From contig NC_007181.1 in the NCBI RefSeq assembly GCF_000012285.1, positions 1 to 32,000 of the forward strand: 32,000 nucleotides of DNA, in the 5' to 3' direction. A program made the translations under genes and the position numbers. The DNA comes from Sulfolobus acidocaldarius DSM 639. Lineage in GTDB: Archaea > Thermoproteota > Thermoprotei_A > Sulfolobales > Sulfolobaceae. A model generated the notes under the pieces. That model was not told the DNA's origin. It worked only from the letters and a program-made list of their open reading frames with translations, and did not search any database. This document shows, one piece after another, positions 16,729 through 25,617 of this stretch. The stretch's first letter is position 1. The number at the start of each line of letters is the position of its first letter.

Positions 16729-18421
16729 TCTTGATCTCCTCGATTACTTCTGGGTCTTCTAACATACTAGAATCAATTTGTTTTCCTATTAATAAATCTC
16801 TCAGAGCACGTCTAACTACTTTACCACTCCTAGACTTTGGAAGTCTTTTCACGTAATATACTTTGTCTATAATGTATATGGGACCTAATGAATCCCTTAC
16901 CTTACGTGTAATCTCGTCTTGGTTGACGTTTCCTACAATAAAAACAATTAATTTTTCTCCTTTAACTTCATCAGGTACTCCGACTACTGCAACGTCTTTA
17001 ACACCATCTATTTCCATGATCACATTTTCTACCTCTCCACTTGTTATTCTATGACCTGCTACTTTTATCATATCATCCGCTCTACCCACTATCTTCACAT
17101 AATTTCCTTCAAGTATTGCAACATCTCCTGTGTCATGATATCCAAATTTCTTAAAATATGACAAAAATCTCTCTTCATCATTTAAAATTCCTGTGAATTG
17201 AGTAGGAAAAGGCGTTTTACATACTAAGTAACCTGGATTTCCTCTTACGGATCTTCCATCTTCGTCTAAAGTATCTACTACAGCTCCAGGGAACGGAACA
17301 CCGGCATAACCTGGTTTTGCTTCGACGTCGTCTAGGCTATACGGTGTTCCTATTATATATCCTAACTCCGTTTGTCCATAAACATCAGTTACTCTGTCAG
17401 CAAATCTCTTAGCATATTCCCATGTCTGTTCATCAAATATTTCACCAGCAGTAGCTATATACTCGACCCTAGGTATTCTTATTTCATATCTTCTTAACAT
17501 TCTCAATAACGTGGGCGAAGTGAAGAAAACTTTTGGTCTAATTTCATCTATTATTTTAACTAGTCTATCTGTGGGATTATCTGGTGCTCCCTCCATAAAT
17601 CCGAATGTAGAACCATGAAGTAATGTACCATACATAACCCTTGAAAAGGTTATCCAGCCAACATCTGCAGTAGTAAATACAGTATCTGTTGGTTTCAATC
17701 CAAATAGTATGTCAAAAACTGTGTAATCTCCAACCATCCATGAGCCATGGGGTAGGATCACTCCCTTAGGCTTTCCTGTAGTACCTGAAGTGTACATTAC
17801 CTTAAGAGGTTCACTGGATTCAATCTCCTCTACTTTTACATCTTCAGACATGTTTAACAAATTATTTATTTCCTCATTATCGTCTTTTTGCCTAAACATG
17901 ATATTGCCTTTATGGTGCAAAGGTATCTTATTTCCTCTTCTCACAGTATATTTACTGGTAACTATAATGTCTGGATTGAAATCTTGCAATCTACTATTTA
18001 CAGCTTCCTTCCCAAGTCCTGCAAATATTAGTGAGTAAATTGCCCCTATTCTAGCAGATGCAAAAATCGTGGAGAGTGTTTGAATTGAGTTAGGGGAATA
18101 TATGGTTATTCTTTTTCCTTTACGTAAACCTAATTTAAGGAGTATTGATGATATGGATTGGACAACTCTTTTTAATTCTTCAAATCTTACGTAAATAGGC
18201 TTGGAATCCTCAGGGAAAAATACTAGAGCTGTCCCTGTATGCCTATCCACTGTGTTATAAGAGATGTTTGTTTTTCCATTTACGAACCAGCTATACCTAT
18301 ATTTGTCCTTCTGTTGTAGAACCTTTTCCCAAGGTGTAAACCATGTTAGTTTATCTGAAAAACTCTTCCAATACACTTCTGGCTTCTCTAGGGCTAGTTG
18401 GTAGAGTGTAAAATAATCCAT
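16715..18421 (-). CDS. AMP-forming acyl-CoA synthetase (acetyl-CoA synthetase-like)
   Basis: 568 aa. AMP-binding motif [13 protein letters not shown], then YGQTE, GDVA...[14 protein letters not shown] and a C-terminal SGKV. Confidence 0.93.
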   Translation of the reverse strand: MDYFTLYQLALEKPEVYWKSFSDKLTWFTPWEKVLQQKDKYRYSWFVNGKTNISYNTVDRHTGTALVFFPEDSKPIYVRFEELKRVVQSISSILLKLGLRKGKRITIYSPNSIQTLSTIFASARIGAIYSLIFAGLGKEAVNSRLQDFNPDIIVTSKYTVRRGNKIPLHHKGNIMFRQKDDNEEINNLLNMSEDVKVEEIESSEPLKVMYTSGTTGKPKGVILPHGSWMVGDYTVFDILFGLKPTDTVFTTADVGWITFSRVMYGTLLHGSTFGFMEGAPDNPTDRLVKIIDEIRPKVFFTSPTLLRMLRRYEIRIPRVEYIATAGEIFDEQTWEYAKRFADRVTDVYGQTELGYIIGTPYSLDDVEAKPGYAGVPFPGAVVDTLDEDGRSVRGNPGYLVCKTPFPTQFTGILNDEERFLSYFKKFGYHDTGDVAILEGNYVKIVGRADDMIKVAGHRITSGEVENVIMEIDGVKDVAVVGVPDEVKGEKLIVFIVGNVNQDEITRKVRDSLGPIYIIDKVYYVKRLPKSRSGKVVRRALRDLLIGKQIDSSMLEDPEVIEEIKNDIR

Positions 18422-18427
18422 TTATTA

Positions 18428-18444
18428 GTTAGTCATTGACTAAC
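18428..18444. repeat. 8-bp-arm palindrome GTTAGTCA-T-TGACTAAC
   Basis: Perfect inverted repeat with a 1-nt centre. It spans the Nob1 stop codon and lies 7-23 nt upstream of the acyl-CoA synthetase ATG. Confidence 0.6.
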
Positions 18445-18915
18445 CTTTATTACTTTATGACCACATATTTCACATATTTTTATATTTTTCATGTAAGTTT
18501 TTCCACATCCTTCACATTTATATATATAATTTTTTTTCTTGCTTATTTTTATATTTAACTTCACAGAATAATATTTAATATTCATGTGTAAGAGTAGATT
18601 TTGTAATGATAAGTCATCTGTAACTACTAAACTTGGTTTTAAATCTAAAGCTAAAGCTGCTACAGATATGTCAGTTCTAGAAAGAGATATATCATTAATT
18701 TTATTCAGGGTTTTAGTCACAGTTAAAAGAGATTGTCTTGTAGGTTCAAATATAATAACCTTATTTGAAGATATAGCAAGTTCTAAGAGACTAGCTGATT
18801 TGAAATCCTTAACTTCTCTTATAACTTCTTGTGTTGTGTAAACTTTCTCATAAAGATTCTCTAAACCGGCTAAAAAGCCTGCTGTATCGAACACAATATT
18901 AACGGACATTTCCAA
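18433..18915 (-). CDS. nob1: Nob1-like endoribonuclease (PIN domain plus zinc ribbon)
   Basis: 160 aa. N-terminal PIN (VFDTAG...VVTDD) and C-terminal CEGCG...CEICG ribbon. Confidence 0.8.
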   Translation of the reverse strand: MEMSVNIVFDTAGFLAGLENLYEKVYTTQEVIREVKDFKSASLLELAISSNKVIIFEPTRQSLLTVTKTLNKINDISLSRTDISVAALALDLKPSLVVTDDLSLQNLLLHMNIKYYSVKLNIKISKKKNYIYKCEGCGKTYMKNIKICEICGHKVIKVSQ

Positions 18916-19645
18916 GATTCACCGAGTTGAAGAACCTAAGTATGTTAGCCTTCTTTTCTGAAATCTTGATAGTTATTGCATCATCCTCATTAGTTTTAAG
19001 ATATCCTACTGTTTCACCATCAACTACTATTCTGACACTTTGTGGTCTCCCTTTATCCTCTAATTTTATTGAAAGCTCTTCGTTGTCAGGTAAAATTAGT
19101 GCTCTAATGTCAGGTGTTAGACAGTTTAAAAATGAAACATTGATAGCGTTCACTTTTCTATGCACAACAATCCTATTTGCTGCATAACCCCATGCCCAAC
19201 TTCCCTGGGTGGTGGAAACTAGTATTCCGTCGCCTTCAAAAATAATTTTGTTGGATTCAAATAGAATACTTCCATATATAGTCTCAGGAAGATCAAATAA
19301 TATTGCAATATCATTAAATGCGATGTCCTTTACATACTTCGATTTAGCCTCTAGCAACTTATATTCCTCTACTTTATAGTCTCTGTTTTTTAGCTTCAAT
19401 AACATCTCTTTTGATTGCCCTGGTTCCACATCAAATAGGGCAGATCTTCTTCCGCTTTTTATACCAATTATGGGTTTTCCTAATTTTACATATCTCAATA
19501 ATGTTCCATCTCCTCCAACAACTACTATGGCATCTTCTGTCTCGTCCTCTACAATTTTAAATCCCATATCAATAGCTATCTTTTTTATGTTGCTTGCTAT
19601 CTCTTTTGCATCCTTAGTATCCTTTGACACTACTCTGAGTCTCAT
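18899..19645 (-). CDS. nadK: NAD kinase
   Basis: 248 aa. VVVGGDGTLL motif and a family-typical C-terminal beta domain. Confidence 0.9.
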   Translation of the reverse strand: MRLRVVSKDTKDAKEIASNIKKIAIDMGFKIVEDETEDAIVVVGGDGTLLRYVKLGKPIIGIKSGRRSALFDVEPGQSKEMLLKLKNRDYKVEEYKLLEAKSKYVKDIAFNDIAILFDLPETIYGSILFESNKIIFEGDGILVSTTQGSWAWGYAANRIVVHRKVNAINVSFLNCLTPDIRALILPDNEELSIKLEDKGRPQSVRIVVDGETVGYLKTNEDDAITIKISEKKANILRFFNSVNLGNVR

Positions 19646-19653
19646 AATTTAAC

Positions 19654-20007
19654 TTACCCTGAGTTAGATTTTAAAATAATTACATTAGTGCTGGATATTA
19701 GGCTTTCGTTAACTAGTTCTATTTCTCCGTAATGATTAATTAACCTTATTTTATAGATACGCTGTTTTGTTCCCTTGTATTTTAGTGTTAACCAACCTGT
19801 AGTTAATATTGTTGTCTTTCCTGTTACTTGAATTTTTACACTTTGTTTTGGTTTCAGTTTTATCTCTAATTTTTGAGGATTCTCTCCTGCGTACTCTATT
19901 GCAGCTTTGGTTATTTTCCTAGAATATACGAACCACATCTGTACAAGTATCATTAATCCAATAATATATATTGGCAGTAGCAATAGGATGAAGTTTTCAG
20001 TGAGCAA
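19654..20007 (-). CDS. small protein with an N-terminal membrane anchor
   Basis: 117 aa, TTG start, one N-terminal TM (FILLLLPIYIIGLMILVQMWFVY). It ends 8 nt upstream of nadK. Confidence 0.55.
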   Translation of the reverse strand: MLTENFILLLLPIYIIGLMILVQMWFVYSRKITKAAIEYAGENPQKLEIKLKPKQSVKIQVTGKTTILTTGWLTLKYKGTKQRIYKIRLINHYGEIELVNESLISSTNVIILKSNSG

Positions 20008-20086
20008 ATGTATTTCCCAATCAAGTTTAAAATCAAAGAATTAAAGTTTAAATAGTATAAGCCACAATCAAAATCCGGGGACTACT

Positions 20087-21088
20087 TTGACGGAATATGA
20101 CATGGTTATTATAGGCGGTGGTCCTATAGGACTTTACGCTACATTTTATGCAGGTTTAAGGGATATGAGAGCTTTGGTAATTGATGCTCAAGACGAATTA
20201 GGTGGACAATTGGTTACCTTGTATCCAGAAAAGGTAGTTTATGATGTAGGTGGTTATCCCGGAATTTTAGCTTATGATTTAGCGCAAAACCTGATTGAAC
20301 AGGCAAAGATGTTCTCTCCAGATATTAGAATAAATGAATGGGCTGATATGATTGAAAGAACTCCAGATAATATGTGGATTATAAAAACCGATAAAGGAGG
20401 AGCCTTTAAGACCAAGACAATTCTTATTGCAGCTGGAATCGGGAAAATAATACCGTCAAGACTTAATGCTAAAGGAGAAATAGAGTACGAGAATAAAGGA
20501 GTATACTACACCGTGAGAAGAAAGAGGGATTTTGAGGGAAAAAGAATACTAATAGTAGGAGGAGGAGATTCTGCAGTAGATTGGGCTTTAACATTATCAC
20601 CAGTGGCAAAATCAGTTACTCTAATACACAGGAGAGATCAATTTAGGGCACATGAAAGAAGTGTAAAACAGATGTTCCAAGTAGCTACAGTTTATACTTG
20701 GCATGAGTTGAAGGAAGTAAAGGGGGATGGAAGTAAGGTTACACAGGCTGTAATATTTGATAATAGGACAAAGGAGGAGAAAACGCTAGATGTTGACGCT
20801 GTAATAATAAGTATTGGACATAAGGGAGATCTAGGAAATATGGTCAAATGGGGTCTAAACATGAAAGGAAGGAGCATTACGGTAAATGGTAAAATGGAAA
20901 CAAACTTAGCTGGTGTTTACGCTGCTGGTGATATCGTAGAGCAAGAGGGTACACCAAAACTTGCCTTAATAGCTACAGGATTTGCTCAAGCCGCTATAGC
21001 TGTGAGTGTAGCTAAGAAGTACATAGACCCTAATGCATCAGTGTTTGCAGGACATAGTTCAGAAATGGATAACAAGTTTAAGAAATGA
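20087..21088 (+). CDS. thioredoxin-reductase-like ferredoxin-NADP+ reductase (no redox CxxC)
   Basis: 333 aa. FAD site [12 protein letters not shown](P) site [12 protein letters not shown], then GDI. There is no cysteine anywhere in the protein, so it is not a true TrxR. TTG start, with an alternative ATG at 20102. Confidence 0.85.
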   Translation: MTEYDMVIIGGGPIGLYATFYAGLRDMRALVIDAQDELGGQLVTLYPEKVVYDVGGYPGILAYDLAQNLIEQAKMFSPDIRINEWADMIERTPDNMWIIKTDKGGAFKTKTILIAAGIGKIIPSRLNAKGEIEYENKGVYYTVRRKRDFEGKRILIVGGGDSAVDWALTLSPVAKSVTLIHRRDQFRAHERSVKQMFQVATVYTWHELKEVKGDGSKVTQAVIFDNRTKEEKTLDVDAVIISIGHKGDLGNMVKWGLNMKGRSITVNGKMETNLAGVYAAGDIVEQEGTPKLALIATGFAQAAIAVSVAKKYIDPNASVFAGHSSEMDNKFKK

Positions 21089-21975
21089 AGTGCATTAAAG
21101 TACATAAAGACGAATTAAATAAAGTCATAAAGCAGATACATGTAAATCCATTTTTTAAAGTGTATTATAGTAAGGATTATGCGTATATACCTGTTTATGA
21201 GGAAATTTCAGGGTATGATATTATCGAATGTAATCCGCCTCGTAAGACTCCAAAACTAAATGAGATTATAAACGGTGTTAGAAGTTATTACGTTATAGGA
21301 GACATAGCATTAGTAACCCCCAAGATAAATATAGACAAGGAATTGTTGGCTAAAACAATAATGGAAACTAACCCAAGGATTAAATCTGTTTTCATAAGAA
21401 AAAAAGTTAAAGGAGAACTAAGAGTAAATCAGATAGAATTTGCAGGGGGAGAAAATAAAACTCAAACTATATATAAAGAGAATGGTCTGAAATTCTTAGT
21501 TGATATAAATAAGGTTTATGTAAACCCATCAATGTCAAACGAAAGGCAGAAGATCGTTAACGAGATAGAATGTGGTAAAATAGTTGACCTATTTACAGGT
21601 TATGGCGCTATTGCAATCCATTTGGCAAGAAAATGTGGGTATATAGTTGCTGGAGATCTAAACTTAGAAGGTCTATTACTTTTGAAAGAATCTATTAATT
21701 ACAATAAATTAAAAGGAGAAATAGACGTCGTTAATTATGATGCTAAGTATCTACCATTTAGAGATAAGACATTCGATTTAGGAATTGCTGATAATCCGAC
21801 TATAGTTAGTCAATTTAAAGAGGAAATATGTAGGGTATGCAAAGAGGCATTTTTTTACATACTAGCTCATAGCACGGAGGAGGCTAGTAATCTTATAGGA
21901 TTAGCTAACTGGGTTAAGGTTAATGACTACTCTAAGGATCTCTTCATCTTTAAGGGGAGAATCAGATGTCAGTAA
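21085..21975 (+). CDS. Met-10+/Trm5/Taw2-family SAM-dependent tRNA methyltransferase
   Basis: 296 aa. [27 protein letters not shown] and [15 protein letters not shown] (SAM motif). ATGA start/stop overlap with the upstream gene. Confidence 0.8.
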   Translation: MKCIKVHKDELNKVIKQIHVNPFFKVYYSKDYAYIPVYEEISGYDIIECNPPRKTPKLNEIINGVRSYYVIGDIALVTPKINIDKELLAKTIMETNPRIKSVFIRKKVKGELRVNQIEFAGGENKTQTIYKENGLKFLVDINKVYVNPSMSNERQKIVNEIECGKIVDLFTGYGAIAIHLARKCGYIVAGDLNLEGLLLLKESINYNKLKGEIDVVNYDAKYLPFRDKTFDLGIADNPTIVSQFKEEICRVCKEAFFYILAHSTEEASNLIGLANWVKVNDYSKDLFIFKGRIRCQ

Positions 21976-22383
21976 TATAGCTACCATATTGCTCTGGTCT
22001 GTTCTCAGCTTCCTGACAATTTCCCTATTAATGTCCTTCGCAGATTTATCAGAATTAATCATTACCGTAGCTTCGCATATGTAATTGGACTTTCTGAAGA
22101 TCATTCTATTTGGGTCAGTCAATTTTAATTTAGACGATCCCCTTCCACGTATAATATCTGTAAGTCCTTCAACATGAATTACTAAATATACATAAGTTTC
22201 ATCCCTTTTAAGTAGTTTTTTAGTTTCCTCTGAAATATCCTTTGCACCTTTATCTGAAAGTATCCCAATGATGCAGTCTCCTCTAGGAGTTAAATAATCA
22301 TCTTTTGTGATCTCAAGTGTAGTTCTGTGTTTCGCTCTAACATTGAAATGTCCTTTTGCCTTAATTACATCAAACTTGATCAT
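21901..22383 (-). CDS. DUF371 domain protein
   Basis: 160 aa. KGHFNVRAKHRTTLEITKDDYLTPRGDCIIG is the DUF371 signature as I recall it. Confidence 0.8.
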   Translation of the reverse strand: MIKFDVIKAKGHFNVRAKHRTTLEITKDDYLTPRGDCIIGILSDKGAKDISEETKKLLKRDETYVYLVIHVEGLTDIIRGRGSSKLKLTDPNRMIFRKSNYICEATVMINSDKSAKDINREIVRKLRTDQSNMVAILLTSDSPLKDEEILRVVINLNPVS

Positions 22384-22633
22384 CTTTATCTTCCTTAGCT
22401 AGAATAAATGTGTAGCCCCTAACTTCTATTAATTTTGCATTTACCTTATCAGCAACTTCTTTAGCGAACGACTTTCTATCTTCAACATCAGCTCCTATTC
22501 TTATTTTAACGACCTTATGTTCTTTCAATCGTCTCTTTATTTCGTTTACCATCCCTTCATTGAGTCCTTTCTTGCCTATTCTTATGTCTGGGTGGGATGC
22601 CTTTACCCTCTTTACTATCTCTTTTAAGCTCAT
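22370..22633 (-). CDS. YhbY-like CRM-domain RNA-binding protein
   Basis: IRIGKKGLNEGMVNEIKRRLKEHKVVKIRI. I prefer the ATG at 22633. The ORF track's GTG at 22651 is an alternative. Confidence 0.8.
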   Translation of the reverse strand: MSLKEIVKRVKASHPDIRIGKKGLNEGMVNEIKRRLKEHKVVKIRIGADVEDRKSFAKEVADKVNAKLIEVRGYTFILAKEDKDDQV

Positions 22634-22913
22634 ATCTTCTGACCCATCCACATAATAAACATGTTCTTATAACAACTTTATTTTTTATTCTCCTTCTCTC
22701 TGTCAATCCTATGACCAGTGGTACGTAACACTTTCTACATATGCTACGCTTATATTCTATAGGAATTTTAAATCTAAATTTACGTGAATACGTAATAGCC
22801 AATTTTGTATATTCTCTGGCAAGCTGATATTCTCTATTCTTCGTCATATCAATTGCCATCTCAATGAGTTCTAATGACCTCCTCTTGTAGGGTTTTACAT
22901 TTTTTACCTTCAT
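22557..22913 (-). CDS. rnp4: RNase P protein component 4 (Rpp21/Rpr2)
   Basis: 118 aa. Helical N-terminal region plus a CRKC...CLLCG zinc ribbon. Confidence 0.85.
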   Translation of the reverse strand: MKVKNVKPYKRRSLELIEMAIDMTKNREYQLAREYTKLAITYSRKFRFKIPIEYKRSICRKCYVPLVIGLTERRRIKNKVVIRTCLLCGWVRRYELKRDSKEGKGIPPRHKNRQERTQ

Positions 22914-22931
22914 TTTTTAGTATTTTTTATC

Positions 22932-23591
22932 GTGAGATTAAATCTTATATTGTTAGATTCTGCGTTAGAACTTGTTCCCCGAGAGATCGTATCCCACCCT
23001 GCTGTTGTAAAAAATGCTGTAAGAAGGGGTAAAAAGGCAGAAAATACCTTACTTGATATTTCATTGCATTATAAAGCTATGAAAAACTTAGAGAATGCGA
23101 ATAAGAGGGGAAGACCAGATATAGTTCATTTCGCATTGTTGTTATTTTTAACCCTTGAAGAGGAGATCAGAGGAGATCTATTTATACATACAATTGACGG
23201 TAAAATAATATTCGTTGATAGGCAAATGAGACCACCTAAAAACTACAACAGGTTTGTAGGATTAATGGAACAGTTATTATTAGAGGGCAAAATTCCTCCA
23301 AAGGGTGATAGGACTCTAATGGAAATTACTAACCTTAAATTAAAGGATCTCTCTAGAAAATACTCCTCTCTAATAGTGTTAAGTGAAAGTGGAAGAAAAG
23401 TAAATCCTGCTGATTTATGCAAACTCATGCACGAAAATGTGCTATTTGGGGTAGGCGCATTTGCTCATGGGGATTTTTCATCTGAAGTTAAGGAATCGGC
23501 TAGCGATTTTCTTTCAATAAGTAAAAATGTTTTAGAAACTCATCAAGTCATATGCAGAGTCTCAATAGCCTGTTCAGGGTTCCTTAGCTGA
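22932..23591 (+). CDS. nep1: rRNA small-subunit pseudouridine methyltransferase Nep1/Emg1 (SPOUT)
   Basis: 219 aa, GTG start. LILLDSALELVP and KRGRPDIVHFALL are typical of Nep1. Confidence 0.88.
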   Translation: MRLNLILLDSALELVPREIVSHPAVVKNAVRRGKKAENTLLDISLHYKAMKNLENANKRGRPDIVHFALLLFLTLEEEIRGDLFIHTIDGKIIFVDRQMRPPKNYNRFVGLMEQLLLEGKIPPKGDRTLMEITNLKLKDLSRKYSSLIVLSESGRKVNPADLCKLMHENVLFGVGAFAHGDFSSEVKESASDFLSISKNVLETHQVICRVSIACSGFLS

Positions 23592-24155
23592 TAGTAATGC
23601 TATCTTATAGACTATTATTCCTCCAGGTGTAGCTGAGACTTGATTTACTCTAAAGCCATACTCCTCTAATATTTTTCTAAATATAACAGAAGCACAGGTT
23701 GTTGACTCTAACCCAAATCCAGAGCCTGTAATTCTTATTACTATTCCGTCCTCGTCCTGTTTGAGAAATACATCCTTAACAGGTAGTATGGTTCTGATTT
23801 TATCATAAATATTTATTATATCATTAAGACCAGTCACCTTGGTTTTTAAGTAAGAAGCTAGCTGTATGCCTGCTGATTCGCATATCTCTGTAACTCTATT
23901 CGAATCATGTTCATATGCTATCCTTATTAGATTTTCAAGATACCACGTGGTCACTGGTATAAGCTCTAAGTCTTTAACTATTTTATAGTACTCAATTAAA
24001 GATAACAACGTTTCTGCATTTCCCTCTCTAAGTGCCTCAACCATAGCCTGAATAGCTAGATTTGTAACAGCATACATAGTATAGCCTTTTTTCTTTGCCT
24101 CTTGCTCTAATTCTTTCACTAGCTTTTCATCTGCCGCTATATTTATTCTTCCCAA
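23574..24155 (-). CDS. hypothetical protein with an RHH-like N-terminus
   Basis: 193 aa, TTG start. RINIAADEKLVKELEQEAKKKGYT resembles a ribbon-helix-helix strand plus helix. The C-terminal domain is unassigned and only weakly V4R-like. Confidence 0.7.
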   Translation of the reverse strand: MGRINIAADEKLVKELEQEAKKKGYTMYAVTNLAIQAMVEALREGNAETLLSLIEYYKIVKDLELIPVTTWYLENLIRIAYEHDSNRVTEICESAGIQLASYLKTKVTGLNDIINIYDKIRTILPVKDVFLKQDEDGIVIRITGSGFGLESTTCASVIFRKILEEYGFRVNQVSATPGGIIVYKIALLSAKEP

Positions 24156-24220
24156 TCACTCCCACACTATAAAATAAGAAACTTGAAAAAATAAATAGCT
24201 TTTCTTTACCAACGAACGTG

Positions 24221-24367
24221 TTATCTAGGAGTAAAAAATATTATATCAAAGACTATAAATAAAATGAAAACTATTATAAAACCTCCAAGATACCAATTAT
24301 CATATTTGAATAAAGCTTTAATCAGATTTATAAAAGAATCAATTGAATATTCTTTGTCATTGCTCAT
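24221..24367 (-). CDS. candidate 48-aa small membrane protein (below the ORF-track cutoff)
   Basis: MSNDKEYSIDSFINLIKALFKYDNWYLGGFIIVFILFIVFDIIFFTPR has one C-terminal TM. A TATA-like box sits 27 nt upstream of the ATG. Confidence 0.35.
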   Translation of the reverse strand: MSNDKEYSIDSFINLIKALFKYDNWYLGGFIIVFILFIVFDIIFFTPR

Positions 24368-24387
24368 AATATTTTATTTCTATCGGT

Positions 24388-24400
24388 AAAATTTAAAATT
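24388..24400 (-). promoter_or_regulatory. TATA-like box for the 48-codon ORF
   Basis: The minus strand reads AATTTTAAATTTT, centred 27 nt upstream of the ATG at 24367. Confidence 0.35.
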
Positions 24401-24504
24401 TCCTACAGTCATTATAAATTTTTGGTTTAAGTACAGGTCCTAAACGAAATTAATGTAAAAGTAACCTGATGAAGATTTCATACATACTTTATTATAACGA
24501 AATC

Positions 24505-25560
24505 TCATTCAGTAATTTTGACAATTAAGTTATTAGGTCCCCTATGATCAGGAGCTAAATTATCCATCTGTATTTTAACTATTTCGTATCCCAAATTTTT
24601 GAAAATTTCATGGCTACCATCATCCTTAAGGTCTTTAACCAATAATCTCTTATCATTAACCTCTAGGAATGATAAAAGACCTTTATTTATATCTTGAACA
24701 CTCACATCAATGATTTTTAAGTTGACCTTCCTGAGGAATTCTCTCAGACTTGTTTTTCCCTTTAAGATGTATTTTTCTCTCTCCATTTCATAGATGTTCA
24801 GTTTAATCTTTTCTGATATATTTAGATTTGTAAGGACATAATCTTGAGAGACTAGTCTCAATATAGAAGATAAGGGCTTTTCATCCCCGCTAAAGTCCGA
24901 AAATACCTCGACAATTTGTGGAAAATTAAGTGAAAAAAGAGTTAAGAACCCATCTGCATTAGTTGAGGAAGAGATTTGCGCTAGTAGCATCTGATCCCCT
25001 AAGATTGTTACATCGTCCAAATTTAACAGGGCTGGAGGATAGTTTACTAATATTATTTCTTTAGAAAATTTTTCAAGAGCATTTCTGAGGAACTTTGCCG
25101 TGACTTTATCAGAAAAAGTTGATGGATAGCTGATGGTCAGCTTATTTTTAGCGTACATAATATATTTATGTAACCAGAGGAGTTCAGCCCTCATGTTATG
25201 AACTAATATTCTATTTTTAGAAACTTTACCCTCCTCATTAAGGATGATCGATGGATTCAAAATAAAGATTTTACATAATTCCTCCTTGTCGTTATTAACT
25301 AAGTTTTTTTTGAGATTGTTTTTACATGACGAATTTTCAACGTCTACACTTATTGTATCATAAATTATATCTAATAGTTTATCGTTGTCGACTATATTAC
25401 ACAGATCTATTACATCTCCATTTTCCTTTAAGACACTTATTAGGTTTTCAAATTCACGCCTTACTAATGTTGCGGGGACATAATTATTAAATCCAAAATC
25501 GAAAGGGTTAATTGAAATAAACTCCCATAATCGTGGATTAAACGTCAAAAACTGTTGCAT
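24505..25560 (-). CDS. hypothetical protein, possibly a pentein (amidinotransferase/DDAH)-fold protein lacking the catalytic Cys
   Basis: 351 aa. The C-terminus LGYEIVKIQMDNLAPDHRGPNNLIVKI parallels the DDAH-type ending LGYxVIxVxxSExxKxxGGxxCMSL, with Asn in place of the Cys. The fold assignment is tentative. Confidence 0.75.
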   Translation of the reverse strand: MQQFLTFNPRLWEFISINPFDFGFNNYVPATLVRREFENLISVLKENGDVIDLCNIVDNDKLLDIIYDTISVDVENSSCKNNLKKNLVNNDKEELCKIFILNPSIILNEEGKVSKNRILVHNMRAELLWLHKYIMYAKNKLTISYPSTFSDKVTAKFLRNALEKFSKEIILVNYPPALLNLDDVTILGDQMLLAQISSSTNADGFLTLFSLNFPQIVEVFSDFSGDEKPLSSILRLVSQDYVLTNLNISEKIKLNIYEMEREKYILKGKTSLREFLRKVNLKIIDVSVQDINKGLLSFLEVNDKRLLVKDLKDDGSHEIFKNLGYEIVKIQMDNLAPDHRGPNNLIVKITE

Positions 25561-25580
25561 TATTGATGTGTAAAAACTGA

Positions 25581-25592
25581 TGTATAAAAAAT
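25581..25592 (-). promoter_or_regulatory. TATA-like box for the pentein-like gene
   Basis: The minus strand reads ATTTTTTATACA, centred about 26 nt upstream of the ATG at 25560. Confidence 0.4.
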
Positions 25593-25617
25593 GTTTGTTT
25601 TGGTCATGGAAATTTTT

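Noticed and set aside
18433-18915. PIN-domain protein considered as a VapC toxin of a toxin-antitoxin pair.
   Set aside because: It carries a C-terminal CxxC...CxxC zinc ribbon, has no small upstream antitoxin gene, and sits in a housekeeping operon. This fits the archaeal Nob1 rRNA-processing nuclease better.
23574-24155. RHH-like N-terminus considered as a CopG/antitoxin module.
   Set aside because: At 193 aa with a large extra C-terminal domain and no adjacent toxin-like gene, it is too large and in the wrong context for a type II antitoxin. It is kept as a hypothetical protein that may be a ligand-responsive regulator.
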